Shown piece after piece: positions 40,821 through 51,133 of a stretch of DNA of 64,000 bases. The notes beneath the pieces were generated by a model. It ran no database searches. It worked only from the letters and a program-made list of their open reading frames with translations, and was not told the origin of the DNA. The translations under genes were made by a program, and so were the position numbers. Position 1 is the stretch's first letter. Every line of letters starts with the position of its first letter. The DNA comes from Verrucomicrobiota bacterium (GTDB lineage: Bacteria > Verrucomicrobiota > Verrucomicrobiia > Limisphaerales > AAA164-E04), in assembly GCA_047947115.1 (NCBI GenBank), contig CP170459.1, forward strand, positions 6,016,781-6,080,780. Reading direction: 5' to 3'.

Positions 40821-42236
40821 CTATTTGCGGCTGACGCCCGTTTCCCTGGCGGTTCGCATGACTGCTTCAGCAACGCAAGTGACGACATTTTTATCAAACG
40901 CACTGGGAATGATGTAGTCCGGCACCAAATGATCCTCATCAATGACTTCGGCAAGCGCCTTCGCTGCGGCCAATTTCATGGTCTCATTGATTTCACTGGC
41001 ACGACAATCGAGCACACCACGAAACAGTCCGGGAAAACAGAGTACGTTGTTGATCTGATTCGGGAAATCACTCCGTCCGGTGGCAACGATCGCCGCATGC
41101 CTGGCCGCGATATCGGGCATGATTTCCGGAGTGGGATTCGATAAGGCAAACACAATCGAATCTTTGTTCATGGTCCGGATGTCCTCCTCATCAAGAATCC
41201 CGGGACCGGAAAGACCGACAAAAACATCTGCGCCTCGAATCAGTTCTTTGAGAGATCCCTTTTCGTGATTCGGATTGGTCATTTCAGCATAAGCACGTTT
41301 TGCGGCATTTAAATCCGTTCGCTCAAGCGTGAGAGCTCCTTTCCGGTCAAACCCAATGACATTGATCACCCCCAGGGATTGGATCATTTGTGTGCAGGCC
41401 GTTCCGGCAGCCCCCACGCCTGCTACAATCACCCTTAAGTCACCGGGCTTCTTATTGACAATCTTCAAGGCATTGATGAGAGCCGCAGTGAGCACCACAG
41501 CCGTTCCGTGCTGATCGTCATGAAACACAGGGATATCGAGTTCAGCCTGCAGTCGTTTTTCAATCTCGAAGCAGTTGGGGGCAGCGATGTCTTCCAGGTT
41601 GATGCCGCCAAACACGGGAGCAATCCGTTTCACGGTTTCCACAATCTCATCCGGATCTTTGGTATTGAGACAAATCGGAAAGGCATCCACCCCGGCATAC
41701 TCACTAAACAGCATGGCTTTGCCTTCCATCACTGGAAGCGAGGCTTCCGGCCCGATATCCCCCAGCCCCAACACCGCCGTGCCATCGGTCACAATGGCAA
41801 CCGTATTGCTTTTAATGGTCAATTTGTGAACCTTTTCAGGTTGTTCATGAATCGCAGTACAAACCTTGGCAACACCCGGGGTATAGGCAATGGAAAGCTG
41901 TTCGCGGGTTTTAATCGGCACTTTACTTCGCACGTGAATTTTCCCGCCCAAGTGTAAGAGAAAAATCCGATCGGACCAGTGAAGGACTTTAACTCCATCA
42001 ATCTTCTCCAGAGCCGAGACCAATTGCTGTTCGTCGGTTTCCTCAAGATTATTGATCGTAATGTCTCGGATCATCTGGTCACGACCCGGTTTGACAATGT
42101 CGATGGCCCCAATACTGCCACCCTGATCTGCAATTGACTGGATCAGTTTTGCCAAGACGCCCGCCTGGTTTTGAAGGCTAACGCGCAGGGTGACGGGATT
42201 TCCCGGAGAAGATGTCAAATCATGAACTTCAGTCAT
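40821..42236 (-). CDS. NAD(P)-dependent malic enzyme with N-terminal ACT domain
   Basis: YTPGVA, TDGTAVLGLGDIG, INLEDI, HDDQHGTA, GVGAAG, ATGRSDFPNQINN. Confidence 0.95.
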   Translation of the reverse strand: MTEVHDLTSSPGNPVTLRVSLQNQAGVLAKLIQSIADQGGSIGAIDIVKPGRDQMIRDITINNLEETDEQQLVSALEKIDGVKVLHWSDRIFLLHLGGKIHVRSKVPIKTREQLSIAYTPGVAKVCTAIHEQPEKVHKLTIKSNTVAIVTDGTAVLGLGDIGPEASLPVMEGKAMLFSEYAGVDAFPICLNTKDPDEIVETVKRIAPVFGGINLEDIAAPNCFEIEKRLQAELDIPVFHDDQHGTAVVLTAALINALKIVNKKPGDLRVIVAGVGAAGTACTQMIQSLGVINVIGFDRKGALTLERTDLNAAKRAYAEMTNPNHEKGSLKELIRGADVFVGLSGPGILDEEDIRTMNKDSIVFALSNPTPEIMPDIAARHAAIVATGRSDFPNQINNVLCFPGLFRGVLDCRASEINETMKLAAAKALAEVIDEDHLVPDYIIPSAFDKNVVTCVAEAVMRTARETGVSRK

Positions 42237-42406
42237 GAGAGATTTCTAAGCTAACAACCACAAGAAAACCATCTTTGTTTGGAATCTTTGTACTTGGCTG
42301 AGTGCCAACTCCCCGCTCGGAACATTCGGAGCAGCATTGTATACAAAAGAAAGCATATGACCCAGATCCCTGAAGCAAAGTGTCGATGACACGATCCATT
42401 CGTTTT

Positions 42407-45049
42407 TCAAGGATCAAACCTCACCCAATCCAGATCCATCAAGCCACCTTTTCCGGGATTGAGGAAGCGAATCACCACATCACTGCGTTTCTTAATGCTG
42501 GTGATGGAGCTCTTCAGTTCGACAAACTCATTGTAACCTCCCGTAGGTTTAACATCGAAGGCTGCCAGCATGGGACCCTGCACAGAACCTTCACGCACTT
42601 CCATGCGACACCCTGCTCCGCCGGAGGCAACACGCACGGTCAGGCCGGATACCTGTTCCAGTGCAATATTGGAAAAACGGGCTATCGCCCCGTGATCGAT
42701 GGCACCCAGTTTGTTTCCGAGAATACGGAGTTTGTCATAGCCGTCGCAGGCTTCAGCTTCGATATGTCGTTGGCGTAGCCGTATCTCAGCAGATGCGCTC
42801 AACGGACTGACGGTTCCACTGCCAAAATCCGTGTAAGTGGCTTTCATGATTGCGAACCGCTCATCATGTTTTCCATTTACCGGAATGCTTCCAGCCAATC
42901 CTCTTGATGTGGCTTGCTCCTGCTGCGAGGCTTCCAAATTGAAGATCCAGCGAACCATCATCTCGATTTCCTGTTCCTCAAGCTGCGAGTGCGGCAACAT
43001 GGGAACTTCCCCCCACACACCGGCCGAACCATTTCGAACGCGCTGGACGGAGGCCATCAGGGCTTCATCTTGATTGCGGTAACGATCGGCAATTTCAATC
43101 AGCGCCGGCCCCACAATCCTCTGGTTCACGGCGTGGCAATTGAAACAATCACTCCCCCGCATGGCGGCCAATCCTGCGGGGACCGTTTCACCTTGGTCGA
43201 GTTTTTGTTTAAAACTTGCTGAAACCTGCACCTTGGCATCCATGAATTCGTCATTGTGTACCGAATCCCCATCCTCGGCATCCACCACATGCACTTGGTA
43301 AGAAATCTTGGTATCAGGATCAAAAAAATCACCGTCCTCAGGAGAAACAAAGCGAATACTCGGACGACTGTTCCCCACCAGAACGGGCACACTTGCCGAG
43401 GAAATCGCCCCTTGGGCATCCCGCACCTGCAGTGTGGCGATATAGTTCCCCGGTTCCTTGATAGTGATCGATGCCTCCTGCCCCTCAGCAACCTGCCGGC
43501 CGCCTGGGTGCAGCAACCAGGTGTATGCCAACTCATCTCCATCAAAGTCCTGGGATCCTTCGGAAGAGAGTTGAACCTTCAATGGTTCCTTGCCTGCATC
43601 CGGCGCAGCGCTGGCAACAGCGACTGGTGGAATGTTTCCACGATGATAGGAAATCTTCAGTAACTGGGAATCCATATTGGCACCCCAGGTCCGTCCGTAA
43701 TCCAAAAGATAAAGACAACCGTCCGGCCCAAATTGAGCATCCACGGGACGCTGAATCAAAAAGCGTTCCTCATCACCTGCTTGACCGTCATTGCGCAACT
43801 CAACCGCTTGAGTGAAGGGTTCGATGCCCGCGAGATTGGATTCGGCGTCAAGTCGCGCCCAGTTCATGAAAGGTCGCTGCCAATCCCAGAACAAAAGGCA
43901 GTTGTCAAAATGCACGGGGAAACCATCGGTCGCTTCAAATTCCGGACGGAAATGAAATACCGGTCCCGCGCAAGCGGTTCTCCCGCCGGAACCCAGCATC
44001 GGGAACTCAGGCGAATCCGCATAGGGCCAGTAAATAAAAGCCGGTTGAGCCGGAGGCAGGATGCGATTGCCCGTGTTGTTGGGGCTTTCATTGATCGGTC
44101 GCATGGGATCATATTTGGGACCGTTCGTGCCGGTGGCATAATCATGATCCGCATATGCAAAATTGTTTCCCACAAAATAAGGCCACCCGAAATTGCCTGC
44201 CATCCTGGCCTGATTGATTTCATCATAACCACGCGGACCACGTTCGGAATCACCCCCGGCATCCGGACCAACTTCTCCCCAATAAACCACCCCGGTTTGG
44301 TCATCCACGCTCATGCGCCAGGGGTTGCGACAACCCATGACAAAAATTTCAGGACGACCGCTGCTTCCGTCTTTGGGAAACAAATTGCCTTCGGGAATGT
44401 CATACCCACCATCCGCTTTCGGACGAATACGCAAAATCTTTCCACGCAGATCATGGGTGTTGGCGCTGGATTTCTGGGCGTCCCATGGGAACTTTTCGGG
44501 TCGTTCGTCAATCGGCGCGGAACCACCGGTCGGATCACCCGGAAACGTGTTGTCACCCGTGGAGATTAAAAGGCATCCATCGGGCGCGAACTCAACCGTT
44601 CCTGCATGATGGCAGCACTGAAGCCGTTGTACGGGAAATTCAAGCATGACCTTCTCAGATGCCATATCCAGCACATCATCCTTCATCTGAAAACGGCTTA
44701 ATCGCTGCCCGGCATATTCAGGAGGTGAGTAAAAAAGATAAATCCACTGATTGTCAGGAAAGTCGGGATCCAAGGCAAACCCCAGAAAACCGTTCTCCTG
44801 CTCAGTGAATACTTCCAAGTGACCGGCAATCACGGATTCACCGGATTCTGGACGCAGGATATGCAAGGTTCCTTCGATGTCGTTGACGAAAATGCGGCCG
44901 TCGGGAGCAATCTCGAGTTCCATCGGTTTCAGGATGGACTGGGCAAGCACTTCGACATGATAACGATAATCATCGGATACTGCCACACCCTGGAGTCGAT
45001 CCGAAGCCGCAAAAAAACCAACACAACATAACAAGCAGAATAATCTCAT
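42407..45049 (-). CDS. PQQ-type sugar dehydrogenase (GSDH propeller) fused to PKD, cytochrome c and CBM6-like domains
   Basis: CCHHAG, DLRGKILRI, GCRNPWR, WGEVGPD; PKD-like PLKVQLSSEGSQD; CFNCH...WGEVPMLPH; MDLDWVRF end. Confidence 0.9.
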   Translation of the reverse strand: MRLFCLLCCVGFFAASDRLQGVAVSDDYRYHVEVLAQSILKPMELEIAPDGRIFVNDIEGTLHILRPESGESVIAGHLEVFTEQENGFLGFALDPDFPDNQWIYLFYSPPEYAGQRLSRFQMKDDVLDMASEKVMLEFPVQRLQCCHHAGTVEFAPDGCLLISTGDNTFPGDPTGGSAPIDERPEKFPWDAQKSSANTHDLRGKILRIRPKADGGYDIPEGNLFPKDGSSGRPEIFVMGCRNPWRMSVDDQTGVVYWGEVGPDAGGDSERGPRGYDEINQARMAGNFGWPYFVGNNFAYADHDYATGTNGPKYDPMRPINESPNNTGNRILPPAQPAFIYWPYADSPEFPMLGSGGRTACAGPVFHFRPEFEATDGFPVHFDNCLLFWDWQRPFMNWARLDAESNLAGIEPFTQAVELRNDGQAGDEERFLIQRPVDAQFGPDGCLYLLDYGRTWGANMDSQLLKISYHRGNIPPVAVASAAPDAGKEPLKVQLSSEGSQDFDGDELAYTWLLHPGGRQVAEGQEASITIKEPGNYIATLQVRDAQGAISSASVPVLVGNSRPSIRFVSPEDGDFFDPDTKISYQVHVVDAEDGDSVHNDEFMDAKVQVSASFKQKLDQGETVPAGLAAMRGSDCFNCHAVNQRIVGPALIEIADRYRNQDEALMASVQRVRNGSAGVWGEVPMLPHSQLEEQEIEMMVRWIFNLEASQQEQATSRGLAGSIPVNGKHDERFAIMKATYTDFGSGTVSPLSASAEIRLRQRHIEAEACDGYDKLRILGNKLGAIDHGAIARFSNIALEQVSGLTVRVASGGAGCRMEVREGSVQGPMLAAFDVKPTGGYNEFVELKSSITSIKKRSDVVIRFLNPGKGGLMDLDWVRFDP

Positions 45050-45241
45050 GGGAATCAGGTGAAAACCTAATCATGAGCTCGCTACGTGAACAGGAAAAAA
45101 GGAAGCGTTAATACTTGGATCTAATCAAATCCAGCTTCGATTCGAGTTCGGCAGGAATATCATCTTGAAAGAAATATGCATCGCGTGCCCCGCCGGTGCT
45201 CCAACTATGCAGGAAAAGCATTCGATCAAAATGAACCCAGC

Positions 45242-45568
45242 TCACGGATCCGTCCATATACAAATGGTTCCCTGGTTGGTATGAATCACCAATCCCACAC
45301 TGGCAGCTGCCGCTACCTCGGGCGGATTCAGCGCAACCTGCACCGATCCGAACCGGGCCTCAAGCATGTTGTCATTGTTGTCGTCCGCATAGATCAACAT
45401 ACCGATACCAAGTTGCCGAAGATTGTTCATGCACTTGGCGCGCTTCCCCTTTTCCTTTGCCTTTGAAAGAGCAGGCAAAAGCATCCCCGCAAGAATCGCA
45501 ATGATGGCGATCACCACCAACAATTCGATCAGGGTGAATCCGGTCGACCTGCGCACTTTTCGAAACAT
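45242..45568 (-). pseudogene. Prepilin-type N-terminal cleavage protein, apparently C-terminally truncated
   Basis: [29 protein letters not shown]...[10 protein letters not shown]; stops at 108 aa (IWTDP*) with no H-X9-DG region seen downstream. Confidence 0.7.
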
Positions 45569-45572
45569 GATA

Positions 45573-45621
45573 CAAAAAAAAAGAGCATGCCCGGCGACCT
45601 GTCAAACAGGACCGGGCATGC
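45573..45621 (-). terminator. Intrinsic terminator
   Basis: Minus strand gcatgcccggtcctg-tttga-caggtcgccgggcatgc followed by tc and a T9 run. Confidence 0.8.
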
Positions 45622-45630
45622 CGTCATCCA

Positions 45631-47700
45631 TTAACGCAACCGGTAAAAACGAGCTCCGCGAGCGGTGTCCACATCCTCGGTGAAGGTCGTAGTTTCGCCA
45701 TTGCTGGAAACGTTTTCAGCCACCACTTCCCAATCACTCAGATTGTCGGAAGCCTCCACGGTATAGGAGCCATTGGTCGTTGAAGCCCAGGTCAACACCA
45801 GTTGAATCGCCCCGTTATCACCACCCGCACGACTGACGGACAATGAGGTTTCGCCACCTCCGGGTGTTTCTTCACCGGGGCCTACGTATTCAAAACGCAT
45901 CCCGAGGTAAACCGTGCGAGTGGCGGTTTCGTCCTGCACATCATCAATGAGAAAGTTGAGTGTCTCACCTTTGGCAACGGTTACTTCACCAATCGTCATT
46001 TCGTAATCATTGTATCCGGGCGTTCCAACAAAACGCCCGTCATTGGCATGCCAACGGGTAAATGCTTCTCCCTCCATCGCGAAATTCAACGGTGTCTGTG
46101 TGGTGAGGTTTTCATCAAAATCAACCGCCCCGGTATCGCCCAGATTGAGGAAAACATTGTAGACCCCGCCAGTGGCAAAAGTCACACTGGTGCGCAAGGT
46201 CGGAGCATCATCTCCACTCAACGGAAAGGATTCCAATATGGGACCGTAAGATCCCAATCCCTCACGGATGTTCCAGAGGCTGTCACTCGATGAGTTGGCA
46301 TTGACGGTCAACCAATCTTCCTGATTGGGATAAGTTGCGGTGTCCGCCGGCCATGTGTAAAAGGAGTTTCCAAACAGGTCTGTGGTGGGCTCAAACACAC
46401 CGGGACTGACATTGAACTCGGTGATGGCAATCTGAGGCTTGCGCACAAACCGCATGCCCATATAAACAGAACGCGATGCCGTTCCATCCTGCACATCGTC
46501 GATTCGAAAATCCACCTGTTCCCCGTCAGCGACATCGATTTGCCCAATGTGCATTTCATAATCATTGTATCCGGGCGTCCCCTTGAACTCGCCATCGTTG
46601 GCGTGCCATCTCACGAATTCCTCACCAGGCAAGGCCAAGTTTAGCGGAGTCGAATTCTGCTCATTCTCTGCAGGATCCACCGCACCGGTATCACCAAGGC
46701 TCATGAACACGTCGTAAGTCCCACCTTGGGCAAACTTGATCGAGGTCTGAAGTGTTGGGGCATCTTCTCCGCTATTTGGAAAAGATTCAAGAATCGGACC
46801 ATAAGAGCCCAACCCCTGACGAATGTTCCACAGATTGTCCGATCCGGAATTGGCGTTGACTGTCAGCCATTCTTCCTGTGAAAGAGTGGCATTCAGGGGA
46901 CCAGTTTTGAACTGATTCCCACTGACATCCGTCACCCAATCAAAAGCGCCCGGACTGACCTGAATCTCGGAAATAGCGCCGCCAAGTTCGATCACTTTCA
47001 GAGTGATCCCCTGCCAGGTCGAAGTCACCCAATCATCGGCAAAACCGTTTTCGGTGTCGTCAATGCGCACCTTGATCAAACCACCGTCTTCCACTTCCAC
47101 TTCCCCCAGTGAGACCGTCTGCCACCACATGGTTCCCTGAGTGGTTCCATCGAATTGCGGATACCCGGGGGAGGTTCCACCCGTTGCTGGGGTAGCATTC
47201 AATTCTGAATATTCCACCAGATCGCCGTCACCGATGGCGGCCTGGATGGTTCCGTCGCCGGGATTTTCGCGTGAGTCGAGAAAGTTGAGAATCACTTCGT
47301 ATTTTCCACCGATCGCGACATTGATATCCATGAACAACTCGGGAGAATCCTCGAATCCGCTGGGAGCATGAGAAACCAGCATGGTGTTACCTGCCAATTC
47401 ATAAATCAACCACTTGTTGTCTTCATCAAAGAAGATTTCCTGCAACTCTTCGTTGCCAAATGGCCTGGGATCGATTGCATCTTCGGGACCGACCACATGG
47501 GTATTGCCAAATCGATCCGGTTCTCCGCTGAAATCACCAGCGGAAAAGAAAAATGTAATGTTCTGCGCTTGTGCTCCGGTCCCGCCCACCAAGGCAAACA
47601 GCAACACCAGCAAACAGGATAAAGGACGAACTTGAGGGATGCGTAGGGCTGAATTAGACCACACGACCGCACATTTTGAAACACTTAATGGAGATCTCAT
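45631..47700 (-). CDS. Secreted acidic protein with duplicated ~180-aa domain and C-terminal FYRLR-type domain
   Basis: Signal peptide ending AQA; two near-identical domains (WLTVNANS..GLGSYGPILESFP..RWHANDG..GTPGYNDYEM..GMRF). Confidence 0.85.
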   Translation of the reverse strand: MRSPLSVSKCAVVWSNSALRIPQVRPLSCLLVLLFALVGGTGAQAQNITFFFSAGDFSGEPDRFGNTHVVGPEDAIDPRPFGNEELQEIFFDEDNKWLIYELAGNTMLVSHAPSGFEDSPELFMDINVAIGGKYEVILNFLDSRENPGDGTIQAAIGDGDLVEYSELNATPATGGTSPGYPQFDGTTQGTMWWQTVSLGEVEVEDGGLIKVRIDDTENGFADDWVTSTWQGITLKVIELGGAISEIQVSPGAFDWVTDVSGNQFKTGPLNATLSQEEWLTVNANSGSDNLWNIRQGLGSYGPILESFPNSGEDAPTLQTSIKFAQGGTYDVFMSLGDTGAVDPAENEQNSTPLNLALPGEEFVRWHANDGEFKGTPGYNDYEMHIGQIDVADGEQVDFRIDDVQDGTASRSVYMGMRFVRKPQIAITEFNVSPGVFEPTTDLFGNSFYTWPADTATYPNQEDWLTVNANSSSDSLWNIREGLGSYGPILESFPLSGDDAPTLRTSVTFATGGVYNVFLNLGDTGAVDFDENLTTQTPLNFAMEGEAFTRWHANDGRFVGTPGYNDYEMTIGEVTVAKGETLNFLIDDVQDETATRTVYLGMRFEYVGPGEETPGGGETSLSVSRAGGDNGAIQLVLTWASTTNGSYTVEASDNLSDWEVVAENVSSNGETTTFTEDVDTARGARFYRLR

Positions 47701-48001
47701 GGTGACTACTGATACTCGGGCACCAGGCCAAAGACAAGCTCAATTCCCACTCGTCAAGCAGGTCGGGAAACATCACAAAAACATAGAAATCCATAATCGG
47801 GTAAGCCCGTCCTACCCTGCTTCAGATCTCTGAACATTGGGGCCCTTTTCACACTGACATGGAACCGCAACAGTCATCCCCTGAAACGCACCCTCCTCAC
47901 GATCGATCTCTTTCTCTCAGGAACGCTTTTGATGGGAAAGTTCGGGCAGGAAGTAAAATCCACCTTTCGGTTATCCAACAATTGAACCGGGCCCCAACAA
48001 T

Positions 48002-51000
48002 TCAAAATTTCAAATCCGAAACTCCCTGCATGATCCGTTCCCGCAAATCATCGAAAAACGTGTAGAACACCGGAACCACAAGAAGTGTCAAAACAGTCGC
48101 TGTCGTCATCCCCCCGATCAAGGTCAGTCCAAAACTCTTGTAACTCAATCCCAACTCCGTCGGCTTGCTGAACGTTAATGGAATCATACCAATAATGGTG
48201 GTCAACGCCGTCATGAGAATGGGACGAAACCGTCGATCGGCAGCGGTCAGCAACGCCTGTGTGCGCTCCAAACCCTCCTGTCTGAGGCGATTGACATAGT
48301 CCACCAGCACGATGCCGTTGTTAACCACCACCCCTATCAACAAAATGGCCCCGACGAAACCCAGCACGTCCAGATCCTTGCCGGACAACCAATGACTCCA
48401 CACCACGCCAACACCTGCCAGGGGAATGGTCAGAATGATCGAAAGAGGCAGCACAAAACTTTCGAACAGAAACCCCATCAACAGGTAAATGAACAACACG
48501 GAAATCATCGCAGCGAATTTCAGATTCTCAATGGTTTCATTGGTGGAAACATCATTCTGGCTCGCGCCAAAATTGACACCTTCAGGCAAATTATATCGCT
48601 TGGTCAATTCCATCAACCGTCCCCGCGCAGGGGCGGCTTGACTGGGTTCCAGATCGATTGTCAGGCTGCGATTGATGCGTTTGTTGCGACGTCGAATGCC
48701 ATCCGAACTATCCAACATCCGAACATCGGTCACAGCGGAAAGCGGCACGGATCGACCATCGCGGGTGGGCACCTGGAAATTGGACAGCTCGGTCAGACGT
48801 TCCCGATCCGATTCTTCAAAACGGATCCTTACTGGAATTTCACGCCCCTCATAATGAAAACGCGGCAGCACACGCCCCCGCAAAGCATACCCCACGACAC
48901 CGGCCACAAACTCGGGATTCACATTGGTCGCTTCCGCTCGGTCTCGATCCACCACCAACGCCAGCTCATTGGCGGCGCGCTCGCGACCGCTCCGAATCCC
49001 CACCACACCGGGAATCGCTTCAATGATGGGCTCAAGATCTTCCGCCACTTGATCCAGCACCGCCGCGTCATCTCCCTCCATGTGCACCACGAAAACTTCG
49101 CGTCCGGTCGCCTCTTCATTCTCACTTTCTCTTCCGGTGCGAAGTTTGACTCCCGGTTTTTTCGGCAAGGCATCCATGACAATTTTCGACATTTCTGTTG
49201 CGGTCAGTTCATGATCCGAATCAGGCTCCACCCATCCTTCCAGTGAACCGCCGCGATCAAAATGCATCAGGAAAACCCCACTCAAGCCCAGTTTTTCCTT
49301 TTGCTCGAGCATGACTTTTTCCGCAGCATCAAAGTATTCAACCGCATCTTCAAAAATGGCATCCCGCGGCATCTCCACACCGATGCGGAACGAAGTCCGA
49401 TCTTCTTCCTGATTTGGAGCGAATTCAATTTGACGAAAAACGTAGCCGTATGAAACCGCCATCATGATGGCCAAAACAATCACCAGATCCATCCTGCGCC
49501 GCAGAAAGAAGCTTAAAAACACGTGATATATCCGGTGCCATTTCTCCATGGATTTCTTGTAGGCAAGATCCAGTGTGCGATCAAAAAAGCGATGTATGGA
49601 GACAATCCGGGAAGACGTGGCATGATTTGAACGGGGACGCAGGGTGAGGAAAACACTCAACGGGATAAACACAACCGCTACAATCAGAGAAGCCGAAAGA
49701 GCCACGGAAATAGGGAGAGCCAGGCGCATCAGAAAGAACTGACCTTCACCTTCCACCAGTGATACAGGAAGAAAAACAATAATGGTGGTCAAGGTCGCCA
49801 TGGTGATGGCGAGTGCAATCTCCGACGCCCCTTTGATACAGGCTTCGCGAGGCGATCGCCCATCCTGCATGTATCGATAAATGTTTTCGGCCACCACAAC
49901 CGAATTGTCTACCAACAACCCCACACAGATCACCAAAGCCAGAATGGAAAGCATGTTCAAGGTTTCACCCGCAAAGTACATCACGATCAAGGCCATCAAA
50001 AGGCTCAGGGGAATGGACAAGGTCACAATCATGGTCAACCGGAATCGTCTCAGGAAAAAGAACAACACAAGCCCCGCCAGCGCACCCCCTATTTCACCGC
50101 CACCAATCAGACTGAAAATGGAGGACTGCACCATTTTTCCCTGATTGAAAAACAAATTCATTTCAACATCCGCAAACAGAGGATTATTCTTCATTTCCTC
50201 GACAACCAATTCCAGACGTTCCCCAAGTTCCACGGAATTGGCCTCTCCTTCTTTAAACATGACGAGGGCTGCGGCTCGCTTGGCATTCAACTTAACACTG
50301 AAGTTTTTCTCCGGCTCCTCATACCGAATGACGGCAATGTCCTTCAGTTTCAGTTTATCCGTGATAGGGCGATTCCGGAAATCCTCCACCGAATGATAGG
50401 TCGCCACGGAGCGCAGCAGGAATTTTTTTTCCGCCTCATAAACCAACCCGCCGGCCATGGTGAAATTATCCCGCCCAAGGTCCTGTGCCAGCTCATAGAT
50501 ATTCAGTCCGAAGGCATCGGCTTTTTGCTTGTCGATTTCGATGATCACCTCCTTTTCAAGCATCCCGTTCATCTGCACATTGGCAACGCCATCGATGCGG
50601 GAAAGGGGCAATACAATCTTCTTCTCAACCAAGGTATAAATATCCGCCATCGTAGGATCCACCGCCACACCAAGGACGGCCACCGGAATTCCGGACGGAT
50701 CATGCTTCTGAATAAAATACCGCTCCACATCCTCAGGGAAGCGAGCACGTGCACGTTCCATTCGATCTCGAACTTCCCGATACGCCACGGCGATGTCGGT
50801 TCTAGATTTGAACCGCATGAAGACATTCGCCCCGTTTTGTCCGGACCACGAATTGATGCTGTCCAGATGCTTGACCGTGGAAAGTTCTTCTTCCATGGGT
50901 TTCGTGATCTTCTCCAAGGTTTCCTCCGCAGGGGCATTGGGAAAAGGCACGTAAACGCTTAAAAATTTGGATTCGAATCCACGGGGAAACAACTCCATCG

Positions 51001-51133
51001 GCAAACTCACCGCTGCAATGATCCCCACCACAATGATGGTCAACAACAACACCAGCACCGTAACGCGACGATCCAATGAAAACCGAGCCAACCGGTACGA
51101 CAGGGATTCGGATTCATTGGGGGATTCGCTCAT
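48002..51133 (-). CDS. RND efflux permease (AcrB/HAE1-like) subunit 2
   Basis: 1043 aa; GLLVDNSVVVAENI, VVVNNGIVLVD, RFRPILMT. Confidence 0.93.
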   Translation of the reverse strand: MSESPNESESLSYRLARFSLDRRVTVLVLLLTIIVVGIIAAVSLPMELFPRGFESKFLSVYVPFPNAPAEETLEKITKPMEEELSTVKHLDSINSWSGQNGANVFMRFKSRTDIAVAYREVRDRMERARARFPEDVERYFIQKHDPSGIPVAVLGVAVDPTMADIYTLVEKKIVLPLSRIDGVANVQMNGMLEKEVIIEIDKQKADAFGLNIYELAQDLGRDNFTMAGGLVYEAEKKFLLRSVATYHSVEDFRNRPITDKLKLKDIAVIRYEEPEKNFSVKLNAKRAAALVMFKEGEANSVELGERLELVVEEMKNNPLFADVEMNLFFNQGKMVQSSIFSLIGGGEIGGALAGLVLFFFLRRFRLTMIVTLSIPLSLLMALIVMYFAGETLNMLSILALVICVGLLVDNSVVVAENIYRYMQDGRSPREACIKGASEIALAITMATLTTIIVFLPVSLVEGEGQFFLMRLALPISVALSASLIVAVVFIPLSVFLTLRPRSNHATSSRIVSIHRFFDRTLDLAYKKSMEKWHRIYHVFLSFFLRRRMDLVIVLAIMMAVSYGYVFRQIEFAPNQEEDRTSFRIGVEMPRDAIFEDAVEYFDAAEKVMLEQKEKLGLSGVFLMHFDRGGSLEGWVEPDSDHELTATEMSKIVMDALPKKPGVKLRTGRESENEEATGREVFVVHMEGDDAAVLDQVAEDLEPIIEAIPGVVGIRSGRERAANELALVVDRDRAEATNVNPEFVAGVVGYALRGRVLPRFHYEGREIPVRIRFEESDRERLTELSNFQVPTRDGRSVPLSAVTDVRMLDSSDGIRRRNKRINRSLTIDLEPSQAAPARGRLMELTKRYNLPEGVNFGASQNDVSTNETIENLKFAAMISVLFIYLLMGFLFESFVLPLSIILTIPLAGVGVVWSHWLSGKDLDVLGFVGAILLIGVVVNNGIVLVDYVNRLRQEGLERTQALLTAADRRFRPILMTALTTIIGMIPLTFSKPTELGLSYKSFGLTLIGGMTTATVLTLLVVPVFYTFFDDLRERIMQGVSDLKF

